Assembly (NCBI RefSeq): GCF_003334335.1
Contig: NZ_QOWQ01000213.1
Direction: 5' to 3' (one strand)
From: Escherichia coli
Lineage (GTDB): Bacteria; Pseudomonadota; Gammaproteobacteria; Enterobacterales; Enterobacteriaceae
DNA: 341 nt
Numbering within the stretch: position 1 is the first letter of the stretch; each line of letters begins with the position of its first letter. Below the pieces are notes generated by a model. That model saw only the letters and a program-made list of their open reading frames with translations. It did not search any database and was not told the DNA's origin. The position numbers and the translations under genes were made by a program. This document shows, piece by piece, positions 1 to 341 of the stretch.

Positions 1-341
1 AACCAGATTGAAGGCGATCTCGTTAAAACAGTGGGCAAAGCTTTCCCCCGGGACTCCCGTGCACCGGAGCGGTGGCCATCAGGGACCATTACCGTCAGGG
101 TTTATGACGATCAGCCGTTTGACCGGCAGATTGTTATTCCGGCGGTGGCATTCAGTGGCGCTAAGCATGAGAGAGAGCATACTGATATTTACTCCTCATG
201 CCGTCTGATAGTGCGGAAAAACGGTGCTGAAATTTATAACCGTACCGCGCTGGATAATACGCTGATTTACAGTGGCGTTATTGATATGCCTGCCGGTCAC
301 GGTCACATGACACTGGAGTTTTCGGTGTCAGCATGGCTGGT
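1..341 (+). CDS. J: Internal fragment (5' and 3' ends outside the window) of a lambdoid phage tail tip / host-specificity protein J-like gene, covering the C-terminal receptor-binding region
   Basis: Frame 1 (nt 1-3 = first codon) is open for all 113 codons with no stop. Codon choice is typical of E. coli and its phages (CTG Leu, CCG Pro, GGC/GGT Gly, CGT/CGG Arg). The translation aligns gaplessly to my recollection of the lambda J C-terminus (...GDIVKAASAAFPRQRESSVDWPSGTRTVTVTDDHPFDRQIVVLPLTFRGSKRTVSGRTTYSMCYLKVLMNGAVIYDGAANEAVQVFSRIVDMPAGRGN...). Conserved blocks are WPSGT (nt 73-87), DDxPFDRQIV (nt 106-135), YSxC (nt 190-201), NGAxIY (nt 220-237) and DMPAG (nt 283-297). Not verified by any search. 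Confidence 0.8.

Noticed and set aside
47-64. Short palindromes CCCGGG (nt 47-52) and GTGCAC (nt 59-64) as possible operator or regulatory sites
   Set aside because: Six-bp palindromes occur by chance at this frequency in 341 bp. They lie inside a coding region with no flanking promoter-like elements and are not extended into longer dyad symmetry.
169-177. Short (GA) dinucleotide tract GAGAGAGAG as a possible slipped-strand phase-variation site
   Set aside because: Only about 4.5 repeat units, below the length at which dinucleotide tracts are usually hypermutable. Slippage here would frameshift an essential tail gene. It is more simply explained as the codons for H-E-R-E-H.
8-208. The 66-aa ORF from the supplied track (frame 2, ATG at nt 8, stop at nt 206-208)
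   Set aside because: It lies entirely inside the uninterrupted frame-1 reading frame, which has strong homology-like signal to J. Its translation is rich in Arg/Ser/Gly/Leu/Pro, typical of an off-frame read of a coding region. No ribosome-binding site can be assessed, since only 7 nt precede the ATG. An overprinted gene is not excluded but nothing supports it.
1-341. Diversity-generating retroelement (DGR) variable region, because C-terminal domains of phage receptor-binding proteins are classic DGR targets
   Set aside because: No template repeat or reverse transcriptase is visible in the window. The differences from lambda J are not concentrated at adenine-templated positions as far as can be judged. 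J-family proteins are not known DGR targets. It cannot be tested without flanking sequence.
1-341. Coding potential on the reverse strand
   Set aside because: The ORF track reports no reverse-strand ORF, and the + strand frame-1 reading frame accounts for the whole window.

Overview
The whole 341-bp window is the interior of a single protein-coding gene on the + strand in frame 1 (codons starting at nt 1): 113 consecutive sense codons with no stop, Enterobacteriaceae-like codon usage, and about 52% GC by hand count. The translation is NQIEGDLVKTVGKAFPRDSRAPERWPSGTITVRVYDDQPFDRQIVIPAVAFSGAKHEREHTDIYSSCRLIVRKNGAEIYNRTALDNTLIYSGVIDMPAGHGHMTLEFSVSAWL. It aligns without gaps to the C-terminal receptor-binding region of phage lambda tail tip / host-specificity protein J as I recall that sequence, sharing the blocks WPSGT, DDxPFDRQIV, YSxC, NGAxIY and DMPAG. 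I therefore call it a fragment of a lambdoid phage or prophage J-like central tail fibre gene, with both gene ends outside the window. The one ORF in the supplied track (8..208) is in a different frame and is judged an off-frame artefact; the track missed the real frame because it has no start or stop inside the window. No RNA gene, CRISPR array, mobile-element boundary, promoter or terminator can be supported. I see no evidence of a novel system here. The most interesting point is that this host-range-determining region is substantially diverged from lambda J, so receptor specificity may differ. All homology statements come from memory, not a database search.
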